Shown: in pieces, positions 19,025-28,326 of the stretch | Position numbering within the stretch: the stretch's first letter is position 1 | Layout: each line of letters opens with the position of its first letter | From: a virus | Direction: 5' to 3' (one strand) | Virus record (IMG/VR): IMGVR_UViG_3300035138_000114 | DNA: 64,000 bases | Program-made: the position numbers and the translations under genes | Notes under the pieces: generated by a model | What the model was told of the DNA's origin: nothing | Seen by the model: only the letters and a program-made list of their open reading frames with translations | Database searches by the model: none

Positions 19025-19574
19025 CCGCTATGACGTTGTTTACCCGCTTTCCGCCGTTGACATCTCTGCCCTGAAAAAAGCGGACAGGATTATCTTCCGA
19101 TCAGGCTCTCTTAACGGGGAAAGCTATAGTTACGTTGAGTGCCTGAAGAAAAAAACGCAAACTGAACGGTTTAATGACCCGTTTGGGGAGTACAAAGAGC
19201 ACATTATCAAAGCTAAATCAAACATTGATGAAGGCACCAGAATCCGCAATAAATACCCGTCTGTTAACGCCTGTTACTCGTTTTATAACTCTCTTGAGGA
19301 TGAGCTGATCTATACACTTACCCACTATGTCATCAGAAAAGGAGACACTCTGAAATTGAAATGGGGAGCTAACAATTCCTCTGACCTGGGCAAATCACGG
19401 GGCGTGACAGAGGATTCCGTCGAATTAGTCATTGAACGCCCTACGAACACGGGCAGCGGTGTTAAGTTCATGCACTTCTTGCTTGAAGTTCAAGTCGTGT
19501 TTCTCGATCCTGATGACTCTGGCTTCTCAAGACCCCATCGCATGGTGCATGGAGTTGACGCGGAACACTTTTAA
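19008..19574 (+). CDS. hypothetical protein
   Basis: GGAGGTCAC RBS, ATG at 19008. Confidence 0.6.
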   Translation: MQTTFNRYDVVYPLSAVDISALKKADRIIFRSGSLNGESYSYVECLKKKTQTERFNDPFGEYKEHIIKAKSNIDEGTRIRNKYPSVNACYSFYNSLEDELIYTLTHYVIRKGDTLKLKWGANNSSDLGKSRGVTEDSVELVIERPTNTGSGVKFMHFLLEVQVVFLDPDDSGFSRPHRMVHGVDAEHF

Positions 19575-19775
19575 CCGTATAATATCCGTACAGGGACTCC
19601 GTATTAATCGGGGTCTCTGCACACTTACAAAGGAGTTATCATGAAAAAACATCACTCATCTTACTCACAAGAGATCACGCTTGCGGTACATACATAAAGC
19701 AGTCTAACTTTAATGTCTAAACCGTTTAGAATGTCCATCACACGGGCATTCTAAACCTTAACAAGGAGCTTTACA

Positions 19776-20471
19776 ATGAAAGCAACATTCCCACACTTTG
19801 ACGAAACCGCTTATATGACGGTCGAAGACCCCATTAACCGGGCCATGATAGATCTCGCTGTGACCTGTTTCTCGTTTCTCTTCTGCCAGTCAGAGCAGAT
19901 TAACGGGTTCTTTGCCCTTGAACTGGCAACCCGAATTGAAGAGGTCTGCGATACTAAGGAACCCCGAATTTTCATGATCTTGGATGCCTTGCTTGACAAT
20001 TACGATCTCTTTATTCTGCCCTCAAGTCGGGTTTACGCCGTCCGATATGGTTTTCTATGCCACCTAACGTTGACGATCTTAGGGCCGAAATATCGCCGCG
20101 AACATCCCGGACAACATGGGAATTACAAATATCTCATTAAAAACGGGGCACTCGGACATACCGCGTTTGAGACTAAAGACGGGCTGATCCGCTTCTTGCA
20201 AATTACCGGTTTAGAAATCGGGGAACGGCAACGACACCTGTACCAGACTTTCTTAGTTGACGGGCAATATGTAACCAATGTGATGGCTGATCAGGCCCTG
20301 TTTGACCGGATGAAGGCGTCCGGTCAATTTAAGATTACTGTTTGGGAGAGTAACGGCGAATTGACAACCGCTCTGATTGACGACCGACTCCCAGGCTGTA
20401 ACGTGATTCATTACCTTAACCCGAATTGCCCCGACCGTGAAGGCCATCCTTCTAACTCCATCCCGAAATAA
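19776..20471 (+). CDS. hypothetical protein
   Basis: AAGGAG RBS, 231 aa ORF. Confidence 0.55.
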   Translation: MKATFPHFDETAYMTVEDPINRAMIDLAVTCFSFLFCQSEQINGFFALELATRIEEVCDTKEPRIFMILDALLDNYDLFILPSSRVYAVRYGFLCHLTLTILGPKYRREHPGQHGNYKYLIKNGALGHTAFETKDGLIRFLQITGLEIGERQRHLYQTFLVDGQYVTNVMADQALFDRMKASGQFKITVWESNGELTTALIDDRLPGCNVIHYLNPNCPDREGHPSNSIPK

Positions 20472-20745
20472 CGCTCTTTCGACCGCGCACTAACTCCCTG
20501 AAAATCATAACTATTTTTATGAAAAGCCCCTGAGATCGGGAAAGATGCTTCGCGCATCCCCAATCGACGGGGCTTTTTCTTTGACTTCTTGCTTCTTGAT
20601 CACCGCCCCGAGTTTTTCACGATCTTTGGCACAAGGAAGCCTCTTCGACGCCTTTAGGCAGAGGAGGAATTGTGCCCAAAAATTTCTTAATTTTTGATGT
20701 TTTTTCATTGACAAAAACATTCAATGATGTAATCCTGACATTATT

Positions 20746-21654
20746 ATGAAAACAACCTTGAAAATCAAACTGATGCCAACAGAAACACAGCGTCAAGCAC
20801 TCCTGAAAACGATGGAACAGTTCAATAATGCTTGCAATGAAATTTCGCAGTTTGCATTTAATCAAAAATGCTTCGGCAAATTCAACATTCAGAAACAGGT
20901 GTATCATGACATAAAGTCGAAATATGGTCTGTCTGCTCAAATGGTTATCAGAGCTATTTCTAAGGTTGCTGAAAGTTATAAGGCTGATAAAAAGACATTG
21001 CATCAATTCAAAGAACACGGAGCAATAGTCTATGATCAACGGATTCTCTCGTATAAAGGACTGTCCCATGTAAGCATCTGGACAATTGAAAAACGACAAA
21101 AGGTTGCTATGGTTCTCGGTGACTATCAAAAAGCCCGTGTTGACCGTATCAAAGGACAAGCCGATCTTATCCTTGTCAAGGGAGTCTTCTTTTTGTTGGC
21201 GACTCTTGACTTGCCTGAACCTCCCACGACCTCCCCTCAAAAGTTTCTTGGGGTTGACCTGGGAATTATTAATATAGCAACTACCTCCGAAGGAGAGCAG
21301 TTCTCCGGCAAACAAGTTGATCAAATCCGCGAAAAGTATAGTCAATTGAGAAAAACTCTTCAAAGTACCGGCACAAAGTCGGCAAAACGGAAACTCAAGA
21401 AAATTGCTAAGAAAGAACAACGATTTCGCCGTGATGTAAACCACTGCATAAGCAAAACACTCGTTGAGAAAGCCAAACACACCTCTCAGGGAATTGTTCT
21501 TGAACACTTGAAAGGTATCCGCGAGAGGATCAGGGTACGGAAATCTCAGAGAAGCCGTCATCATGGCTGGTCGTTTTATCAATTGCAACAGTTCATTTGT
21601 TATAAAGCTATATTGGCAGGGGTTATCGTTCAGTTAGTAGTGCCTCGGAAATAG
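20746..21654 (+). pseudogene. tnpB: IS200/IS605 TnpB, C-terminally truncated
   Basis: FLGVDLGI.NIA (RuvC-I), IVLEHL (RuvC-II), WSFYQL..FI.YK; stops before the Zn finger and RuvC-III; left-end hairpin AAGCCTCTT..CCTTTAGG..AGAGG at about 20636-20675. Confidence 0.85.
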
Positions 21655-21690
21655 TTACTTAAAATCTATAAAAATATTCTAAGTTCTTTG

Positions 21691-22740
21691 TCATGCGGCG
21701 ACTATAGGCTGCCGTACTCCCTTCTGAAGAATGTTTTTCGCCCCGTTCCAGTCAGCATCAAGTTCGACGCCGCAGGTTCGGCACTGAAACCGTTCTCCTT
21801 TCCGAGAGAGCTTGTCCCTGATTCCGCAGTCGGAACAAGTTTGAGACGTGTATGCGGGATCAATGAACGTCATTGAGATGCCCTCGCATTCACAGCGATT
21901 CGTCAGGCGTTCCAACACCAACGGGTACGTCCAGCGTTGGAGCTTGTTATTAAAGGATTTCCGAATTTTGCCTTTTGATTTGTGTTTGACAGACTTCAGA
22001 TTTTCAACTACCACCGTCTTTACATTCTCAAGTGGAAGCGCATTGACCGTCTGGTTGACAAACTGATTGCGCTCCGTCAAGGCACGAAGGAAGCCTTTGC
22101 TGCCTTGCTGCTTTCGGGCGATTTTCTCGGCATACTGTTCAAAGTCCTTGCCGAATTGTTGACCGTCAGAATTCACCAGCAGCTTTTTATACCCGATGTC
22201 GAAACCTTTCACTGTCCCGGTTTTCTTGGGAGCCGGAGCCTGTTTCTGGAAATACACATCTGCCCAAAAGCCCTTTGCGTTCACTCGGATACGGAGGCTC
22301 TTCTTGAGTGTCCAGCCCTGTTCAAGGAAGCGATTGAAGTGAGCATGTTTCTGGGTCGGAATCTGAAGTTTCAGCTTCTTGCCGATGGAGGACAGGGTAA
22401 TCCAGCAGTCAAATGAATTGACATCCTGCTCAAGCTCAACAAAGCGGCTGTCCAGTTCCATCACACGCTTATTGAAGACGGGTTTTGTCTTCTGCTCCTT
22501 CTTCCGTTGTGATTTGACAATAGCAAGGGCTTGTTTGGCGGCGCACTGCTTCATTCGAGCGGAGAGATAGGTATCAATCCAGGCGGTGTCTTTGACAAAG
22601 GAGCCGGAAAACTGTTCTTGCTCCCACAGGTCGTCAATGCAGAGATTGACCACACGGTTGTACTCCGTGCTGATGTCGAGCAAGGTCTGTTGTTTGCCGA
22701 TATTCGCGTTATTGAGATTGAGCGTTGTTTTTCGTATCAT
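21691..22740 (-). CDS. tnpB: IS607 TnpB RNA-guided nuclease
   Basis: GFDIG, VVVENL, TSQTCSDCG..CRTCG, DADWNGAKNIL; all three RuvC motifs and the Zn finger present. Confidence 0.92.
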   Translation of the reverse strand: MIRKTTLNLNNANIGKQQTLLDISTEYNRVVNLCIDDLWEQEQFSGSFVKDTAWIDTYLSARMKQCAAKQALAIVKSQRKKEQKTKPVFNKRVMELDSRFVELEQDVNSFDCWITLSSIGKKLKLQIPTQKHAHFNRFLEQGWTLKKSLRIRVNAKGFWADVYFQKQAPAPKKTGTVKGFDIGYKKLLVNSDGQQFGKDFEQYAEKIARKQQGSKGFLRALTERNQFVNQTVNALPLENVKTVVVENLKSVKHKSKGKIRKSFNNKLQRWTYPLVLERLTNRCECEGISMTFIDPAYTSQTCSDCGIRDKLSRKGERFQCRTCGVELDADWNGAKNILQKGVRQPIVAA

Positions 22741-23302
22741 CTTGAAGGTCTTTGATCAATTGTTCAGTTTTCCGTTTACAGCGGCGTTTTCCGTATATTC
22801 TGGCACAGAAGGATGTCACTAAGCTGATAAAATCTTGCATCAGATCTTCTTTGTCGTTTGCTGCCGGGTTGATCACTTCAAGCGTACATCCATGTCGTTC
22901 CAACAGAATCCGGATCGGATTGATACCGAATCGGGCGAAACGGTCAGTATGCTCAACAACAATTCGTGTCATCTTTGGATTCGACAACATCTTGCAGAAT
23001 TTAGGGCGTGTGTCATTCAGGCCAGAGGCGCATTCTTTAATGACTTCTTGCACAATATAGCCCTTCGCCAGACAGTAGGAGGTCAGCCGTTCAGCCTGTC
23101 GGTCAAGATTATCCCGGTTTTGAGAGGAAGACACTCGCGCATAGCAGACGACATACTCTGGTTTGGCTTGTTGCTGTGGTTCCGGGACAATAATTGTCCC
23201 GGATTCTAATTGATACGCTTCTGGAAGCTGCCCTTTTTTGAACAGGTTCCAGGCCGTCTGATAACTGACGCCTTGCCGTTTTGCCCACTGTGATAATTTC
23301 AT
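22709..23302 (-). CDS. tnpA: IS607 serine-recombinase transposase
   Basis: MKLSQWAKRQGVSYQTAW MerR-like HTH; YARVSS..Q...L.RQ; E.ASGLN..RPK; DRFARFG. Confidence 0.93.
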   Translation of the reverse strand: MKLSQWAKRQGVSYQTAWNLFKKGQLPEAYQLESGTIIVPEPQQQAKPEYVVCYARVSSSQNRDNLDRQAERLTSYCLAKGYIVQEVIKECASGLNDTRPKFCKMLSNPKMTRIVVEHTDRFARFGINPIRILLERHGCTLEVINPAANDKEDLMQDFISLVTSFCARIYGKRRCKRKTEQLIKDLQDDTKNNAQSQ

Positions 23303-23543
23303 GATGACACTATGGAATAGTGCTATCATATAGTCAAGTTATTTTTATATAAAATCCTATGTTTTTTTTTATATAGAACTAATATTCATATACGATACCT
23401 TCCTGCGCCCCGAACTACCCCACGAACCGCTTAGAAAATCAGCGGTTCTCATCAGTTCCGTTTCTGCGAACGGTTCTTGATCTTTCTCCGAACCGTTCCG
23501 ATTCTTAAACCAACCACGAACTGTTCAAAATTTCATTTTTTGA

Positions 23544-23626
23544 CGCTCTGAGAGAGCCATATGGCGACGATCTGGACACGTCCCCTATGAAGATAGGGGT
23601 TGACTGTCCAACGTCTTAAAATCGAA
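23544..23626 (+). repeat. R2 dispersed repeat
   Basis: CTCTGAGAGAG..CCCCTATGAAGATAGGGGTTG..TCTTAAAATCGAA. Confidence 0.6.
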
Positions 23627-24496
23627 GGGAGAGAGCGGATTTTCTGGATTGGACAGTAAGATTTCCCAGTATTCTTGAGACTCATGGGTTAACTTCGCTA
23701 CGGACGCATAGAACCGCCCTACTAACCCGGCTGTAAACGTTAACACGTCTTGCTCTTTATCCTTAATCAACGGTCGTAAATCAACCGCATTGATCACGGA
23801 TGTCAACGGAACTCCCGTTACCTGGGACACTATCGCCGCATTGACCCGCCGACGTAAAACAAGTCCTTCCAATAATCCCGCGTCCTGGGTTGCATAGACC
23901 TGAATTAAGGACATGCCTAACTCTTCATGCCCGCTTACATCAAAACATGCCCGTAAATCGGGAGGTATCCAGTCCATGCTACGCCACCCTTCACACCCGT
24001 AAACATATTTCGGGCGAATCGCTTCAGGTAACCGTCTTACGGCATCGACCACCGCCTGACAGACCTGAATGTGATGGGGATGCCCGTCTGCCGGGTCATG
24101 CGTGTAAACAGTCTCTGGACGGGCAAGCTCAAGATACCCCGCAATCTGGTCAACAACCATTTCTCCCTTAAAATACGGGGAATCCTCAGCTTTCAGTCCG
24201 ACAACCGACGCATAGTTCCCGTAATTAGCGGCATGACACTGTTCTTGCCACCTCAACCGGATAAAGTCACTCTTGCTAAACTCCGCATACCGGGGAAGAA
24301 TCGGACACCCGATCCCGTTCGTACAAACTATCCCCGTAAACCACCTGCTCTCATCCTCGAAACACGCCACAACCCCCGGAAACATTGATAACTCCAAATC
24401 GTCCGGGTGTGCGGCGATCCCTACATCTGTAGTCATTGATAATGCCGTCTGAAAACTTCTTTCATACGGACAAAAGATGTTTCCTGAATACTCCAT
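23585..24496 (-). CDS. PIG-L/LmbE family deacetylase
   Basis: AAHPDDLE, TNG.G, R..EQ..AA, YTH.P.DGH.HH. Confidence 0.8.
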   Translation of the reverse strand: MEYSGNIFCPYERSFQTALSMTTDVGIAAHPDDLELSMFPGVVACFEDESRWFTGIVCTNGIGCPILPRYAEFSKSDFIRLRWQEQCHAANYGNYASVVGLKAEDSPYFKGEMVVDQIAGYLELARPETVYTHDPADGHPHHIQVCQAVVDAVRRLPEAIRPKYVYGCEGWRSMDWIPPDLRACFDVSGHEELGMSLIQVYATQDAGLLEGLVLRRRVNAAIVSQVTGVPLTSVINAVDLRPLIKDKEQDVLTFTAGLVGRFYASVAKLTHESQEYWEILLSNPENPLSPFDFKTLDSQPLSS

Positions 24497-24713
24497 CTTG
24501 TCTCCTTTCTGGTTAAGTATTTAGTGGGCTACCTAATTAATTTCAATTATTTAATAAAGCACCGCTGACCGTTTGGCGGCTGGAAATGGGTGATCGAGAA
24601 GGGAGAACTGGGGGACACCCCCCCTCCCTTAGAATTTCGGGCGATCCCACCATTGACCGCCTTTCGGTATGTTCAGGGATTGAATGGGTTTTCTTGCGCC
24701 GCTATCTATAAAA

Positions 24714-24861
24714 GTCCTGTAAGGCTCCCCATCCTGTGGGGAGTACGGTTCCCTGACGTCGGTGTTGGGGTGACAGGGTCCGCAACTGGGAACGTCGTCG
24801 CGGAGTGCCCGTACCTGTATCGAATTGGCGCGTCTTCACGCCGATAACCGGCTATGAAGTC
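24714..24861 (-). ncRNA. structured repeat element R1, copy 4
   Basis: Reverse-complement copy; carries a compensatory G-C to C-G change relative to copy 1. Confidence 0.55.
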
Positions 24862-25250
24862 AGGTATGACAAAGAACTTAGAATATTTTTATAGATTTTA
24901 AGTAACTATGATAATGTCAGCAAGTTTACATAATAAAATGTTATCAGACCCAACCCCTGACTATCACCGTAGTACAGGCATTATGAAAACCTTCACATAC
25001 AAAAATTGAAACATTTCGTCTTTTCTTCACTTATACTGTGAAAAGCTATGTTATAGCTTTTCACTATGACGACCTATCGTAACATTCTTTTCCCGCTAGT
25101 TGTCATGTCGCTTTATATGACGATGATATAAAACTAAAGCCGTATATATACCTACAATCGAAAAAATACTGTCAGTGAATACCAGAGTATAGGTTCAACA
25201 TTTTAACGCCTTAGAACGCCTCTCAGGTATCAAATTTTCGATTAACGATT

Positions 25251-26045
25251 TTATGAAGCCATCAAAGCTTGAGCTTCGGGCAATTCCAGGAACTGCTTGA
25301 ACCATTTCCGTAAGGCGGGTGCACCAGCTTGACAGGCCGCTTTGTAAGAATCGAAGCCTGGATCTCCTCGCATTATAAACTGGGGTAACTGCCCGAAATC
25401 CTCTTGAGTAAGCTTATCAAATTGGTCATCTGGTAAGTCCCGTAATAAGGCAAAGGTCAAGACTTTACCAGAAGCCTTTCCGTTTCCATTCCCGCTTTCA
25501 GGGGTAACAACCGGGAAGGTTGTAACGGGAGCTTTCTTCTTTGCCCGCCTCTTCTTTCGCACTAGGGCATCATAGGTGTCCGCTGTCCGATCAAAGGGTT
25601 GTAAGGTATTCTCAAGCCCGTCTGCCATCCCTTCAGAAATAAGAAACGAGTATTCACAAAACTCCCGTGAATACTTAATAAATTCGGGCGTGAAGGTATA
25701 CCAAGTAACCCGCTTGTTCTGTTCAAATGACATTGCTTGTAACGGGATAACTGTAAGAATTTTCCTACAATCACCAGAATAAAACCGCCCTGAAAGCACC
25801 CTCAATGCTCGTCTTAACGTTAAAGATGAGAATGTTTTGAATTCAGGCTGACGGGTCAGTTGGCGCGGGCTTTGGAAAACCCAGGCTTTGTTATTCCAGA
25901 TGTTTCGTTCTTGTTGGAGGTTGATAACAAGCCACTTATCGAACCATGTCAAAACGGCGTTCTCTTCATACCGAAAGGCGGTCAACTTCAGGTTTGTAAA
26001 AGTTTTACAGAAGAATTTTGGAAATTCCATAAGAATTCCCGACAT
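25251..26045 (-). CDS. putative replication initiator protein
   Basis: Adjacent to the iteron array; aromatic/helical N-term and basic linker KKRRAKKK; family not recognised. Confidence 0.4.
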   Translation of the reverse strand: MSGILMEFPKFFCKTFTNLKLTAFRYEENAVLTWFDKWLVINLQQERNIWNNKAWVFQSPRQLTRQPEFKTFSSLTLRRALRVLSGRFYSGDCRKILTVIPLQAMSFEQNKRVTWYTFTPEFIKYSREFCEYSFLISEGMADGLENTLQPFDRTADTYDALVRKKRRAKKKAPVTTFPVVTPESGNGNGKASGKVLTFALLRDLPDDQFDKLTQEDFGQLPQFIMRGDPGFDSYKAACQAGAPALRKWFKQFLELPEAQALMAS

Positions 26046-26490
26046 AATCGTAAAACACGGAGAAAAAACTTGACAGAATTTTAGAAGTCGTTTACTCTGT
26101 ATCTCATAATCATGCCGTTTCTCTCTTGTAAGCGGTTATCTTGCACTTTGTCTTACCAGAAATGCCTATAGGAGGGGTCGTCACCCCCTCCTTCCTTCTA
26201 CCTTTTGATGTACTCTCACCCATCAGACGGTCTATATATCTTATCAAAAGCTTAACAATCTTGTCAAGTATTTTCTCGTTATCCCCAACGTCCGATCTTC
26301 TCTTCTGAGAAAATGCCCGCCGACTTTCTCAGAAAGGCGGGCAAATTTTCTCTTAATATAATATTTTTAAAATAATTTTAATTAATTATTTTTTCTTTTT
26401 TTAGAAAAAATACGCGCGTGCGCACGCGAGAGAACACATATCTTGCTTAGAGAGACGGGTATTCCCAGACACAAAAGGAAGGCCGCAACT

Positions 26491-26633
26491 AAGACACATG
26501 TGTTCTGGTAATAAGACACATGTGTTCTGGTAATAAGACACATGTGTTCTGGTAATCGAGACACATGTGTTCTGGTAATAAGACACATGTGTTCTGGTTT
26601 ATAGGCCGCAACTAAGACACATGTGTTCTGGTT
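26491..26633. repeat. iteron-like tandem repeats (22-bp unit AAGACACATGTGTTCTGGTAAT, six cores)
   Basis: Directly visible; 10-bp palindromic core ACACATGTGT. Confidence 0.85.
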
Positions 26634-26640
26634 TAGCCAA

Positions 26641-26970
26641 AATATGATAAAGTATGATAAAGTATGAGCCGCCAGAAGTCTTCATTGTATAATCACTTAC
26701 AAGAAACTTGCGTAAATTGCTAAACTTGCTAAAGTTCCCGAAAACAAGAATATGATAAAATATGATAAAATATGAGGATTTGTAAGCTCTTTCTTTATAA
26801 AAGCTTACAAGAAACTTGCGTAAATTGCTAAACTTGCTAAAGAAAATAACGAAATATCGGGTAAAAAACGAGTCTATAGGATATGAAGTTTTTTGAATTC
26901 GCCTCGAAAAAAAAGCTAGAAATCCCCTGATACGGGACATCTTATAAGATATGAAGTTTTTTGAATTCGC
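26641..26970. repeat. AT-rich direct repeats of the putative origin
   Basis: Duplicated AATATGATAAA.TATGATAAA.TATGAG, CTTACAAGAAACTTGCGTAAATTGCTAAACTTGCTAAAG and ATATGAAGTTTTTTGAATTCGC. Confidence 0.7.
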
Positions 26971-27302
26971 TCAACGGGAAGTGCTACAATGTAACATAGG
27001 ATTTCTTGCTATTGACACAATCATCTTTTGATTATAAGTGGAAAGTATACTAAAAAAGGATAAATTGACGAATTTCGTCTACTACAAAAAGACACAAAAG
27101 GGCTTTTTGTAAAACCAGAAATGGGATTTCTACAAATGAAATATATTCGTTGCAATTTGCAACACCTGTCAACCAGTTCGATTTCCTGAGAAACCTATCT
27201 ATGTGGGCAAAATGACTGAAATATCAGAAAGTTTATATAGTTGCACCTACAACTATTTTGTGACTATACGATGTAGGACATGAGAAGCGTAAAAAATAGT
27301 AT

Positions 27303-27400
27303 TCTGGCTTCATGAGAGAGTCATATGGCGACGATCTGGCTATAACCCCTATATTTATAGGGTTGACGTGCTGACAGTCTCTGGCGCAAGGTAAATCGAA
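27303..27400 (+). repeat. R2 dispersed repeat
   Basis: GAGAGAGTCATATGGCGACGATCTGG..CCCCTATATTTATAGGGTTGAC, close to the 23544 copy. Confidence 0.55.
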
Positions 27401-27409
27401 TTACCGAAA

Positions 27410-28003
27410 CTATCCCCAGGTCTCGGTAGTTCCTGTTTCGGCATACGCGGTTCGTAGCTCTTGAACCGTTTCTGTAGGGGGAGTCTCACAAGGCTCCGTC
27501 AGTCCTTCCCGTATCTCGGTTTGAGTGACTAATCCGATAATAACGTCCTCAAGAGTCTTCAGAACTGCTTTCCGAATTTGTTTTCCGAATTTTTGGGCAT
27601 AAAGCCGCTCCCATGCGAGTAATCCCTGTATAACTCGTTCCGCAAACTCTCCTTTTGTCAAGTCCTCAACCATATACGGGTCAATTGCAGGCTCATTCTC
27701 TTGATCTATTTCGACAAGGCGAACGGCAGCTTCCAGAACACGGGCGACCTCACCGGGGTTGTTAAAAATTGAAAGGCTCTCATCTTGCTGGTATCTTTGC
27801 CCGGCTCGCAGTAATTCCTGGAAAGTCAGGTTGTAAAGTGCCATGCCTGCTTTCGATGGTGGCATTTCCTCCCAAAACTTTTTCAAGTTATCGGGTAGAG
27901 TTGACTTTTTGGGGGTGGTAGTGTTATCATTCATATATATCCCGCTCCTTTCCCGTTTTTTGGGTACTAGGGACATTGTACCAGACGGCGGGGATTCCGT
28001 CAA
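27410..28003 (-). CDS. hypothetical protein
   Basis: 197 aa ORF; true start probably about 27934. Confidence 0.5.
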   Translation of the reverse strand: MTESPPSGTMSLVPKKRERSGIYMNDNTTTPKKSTLPDNLKKFWEEMPPSKAGMALYNLTFQELLRAGQRYQQDESLSIFNNPGEVARVLEAAVRLVEIDQENEPAIDPYMVEDLTKGEFAERVIQGLLAWERLYAQKFGKQIRKAVLKTLEDVIIGLVTQTEIREGLTEPCETPPTETVQELRTAYAETGTTETWG

Positions 28004-28326
28004 CCAAATTAGGGGCGCGGAATTCCCCGTTATTCGGGCAACCCCAAAACGCCCATCAGACGGGATGTTCTCAAAATGCCCGGATTGCGGGGGAAGGCAG
28101 GTTCGCCCGCCTGACGGGGGCGCGTGTTTATTAACAACAGCAACAACCTTCGATTGGGCGTTGTCTCCCCCCGTGCAGGGGGCGAAGACAAGCGGGATGG
28201 GTTATGTTAAAGAAAAGATATGGGATTTGGCAAAAAATGTCACCCATAAATTAGAGATAATATGAGTGGGATGCACTCAGGTTTATAACTTTCTGGTTAT
28301 AATGGGGAACGTGAGGTGATGGAGGG

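Larger units (their letters stand above)
21650..23390 (-). mobile_element. IS607-family insertion sequence (tnpA + tnpB)
   Basis: Overlapping serine-recombinase tnpA and tnpB; AT-rich repetitive ends; boundaries approximate. Confidence 0.8.

Noticed and set aside
20617-21588. 323-aa - strand ORF and similar long antisense ORFs (7981-8667, 21982-22416)
   Set aside because: These are shadows of well-supported genes on the opposite strand.
26491-26633. Tandem repeats as a CRISPR array
   Set aside because: The units are contiguous with no unique spacers.
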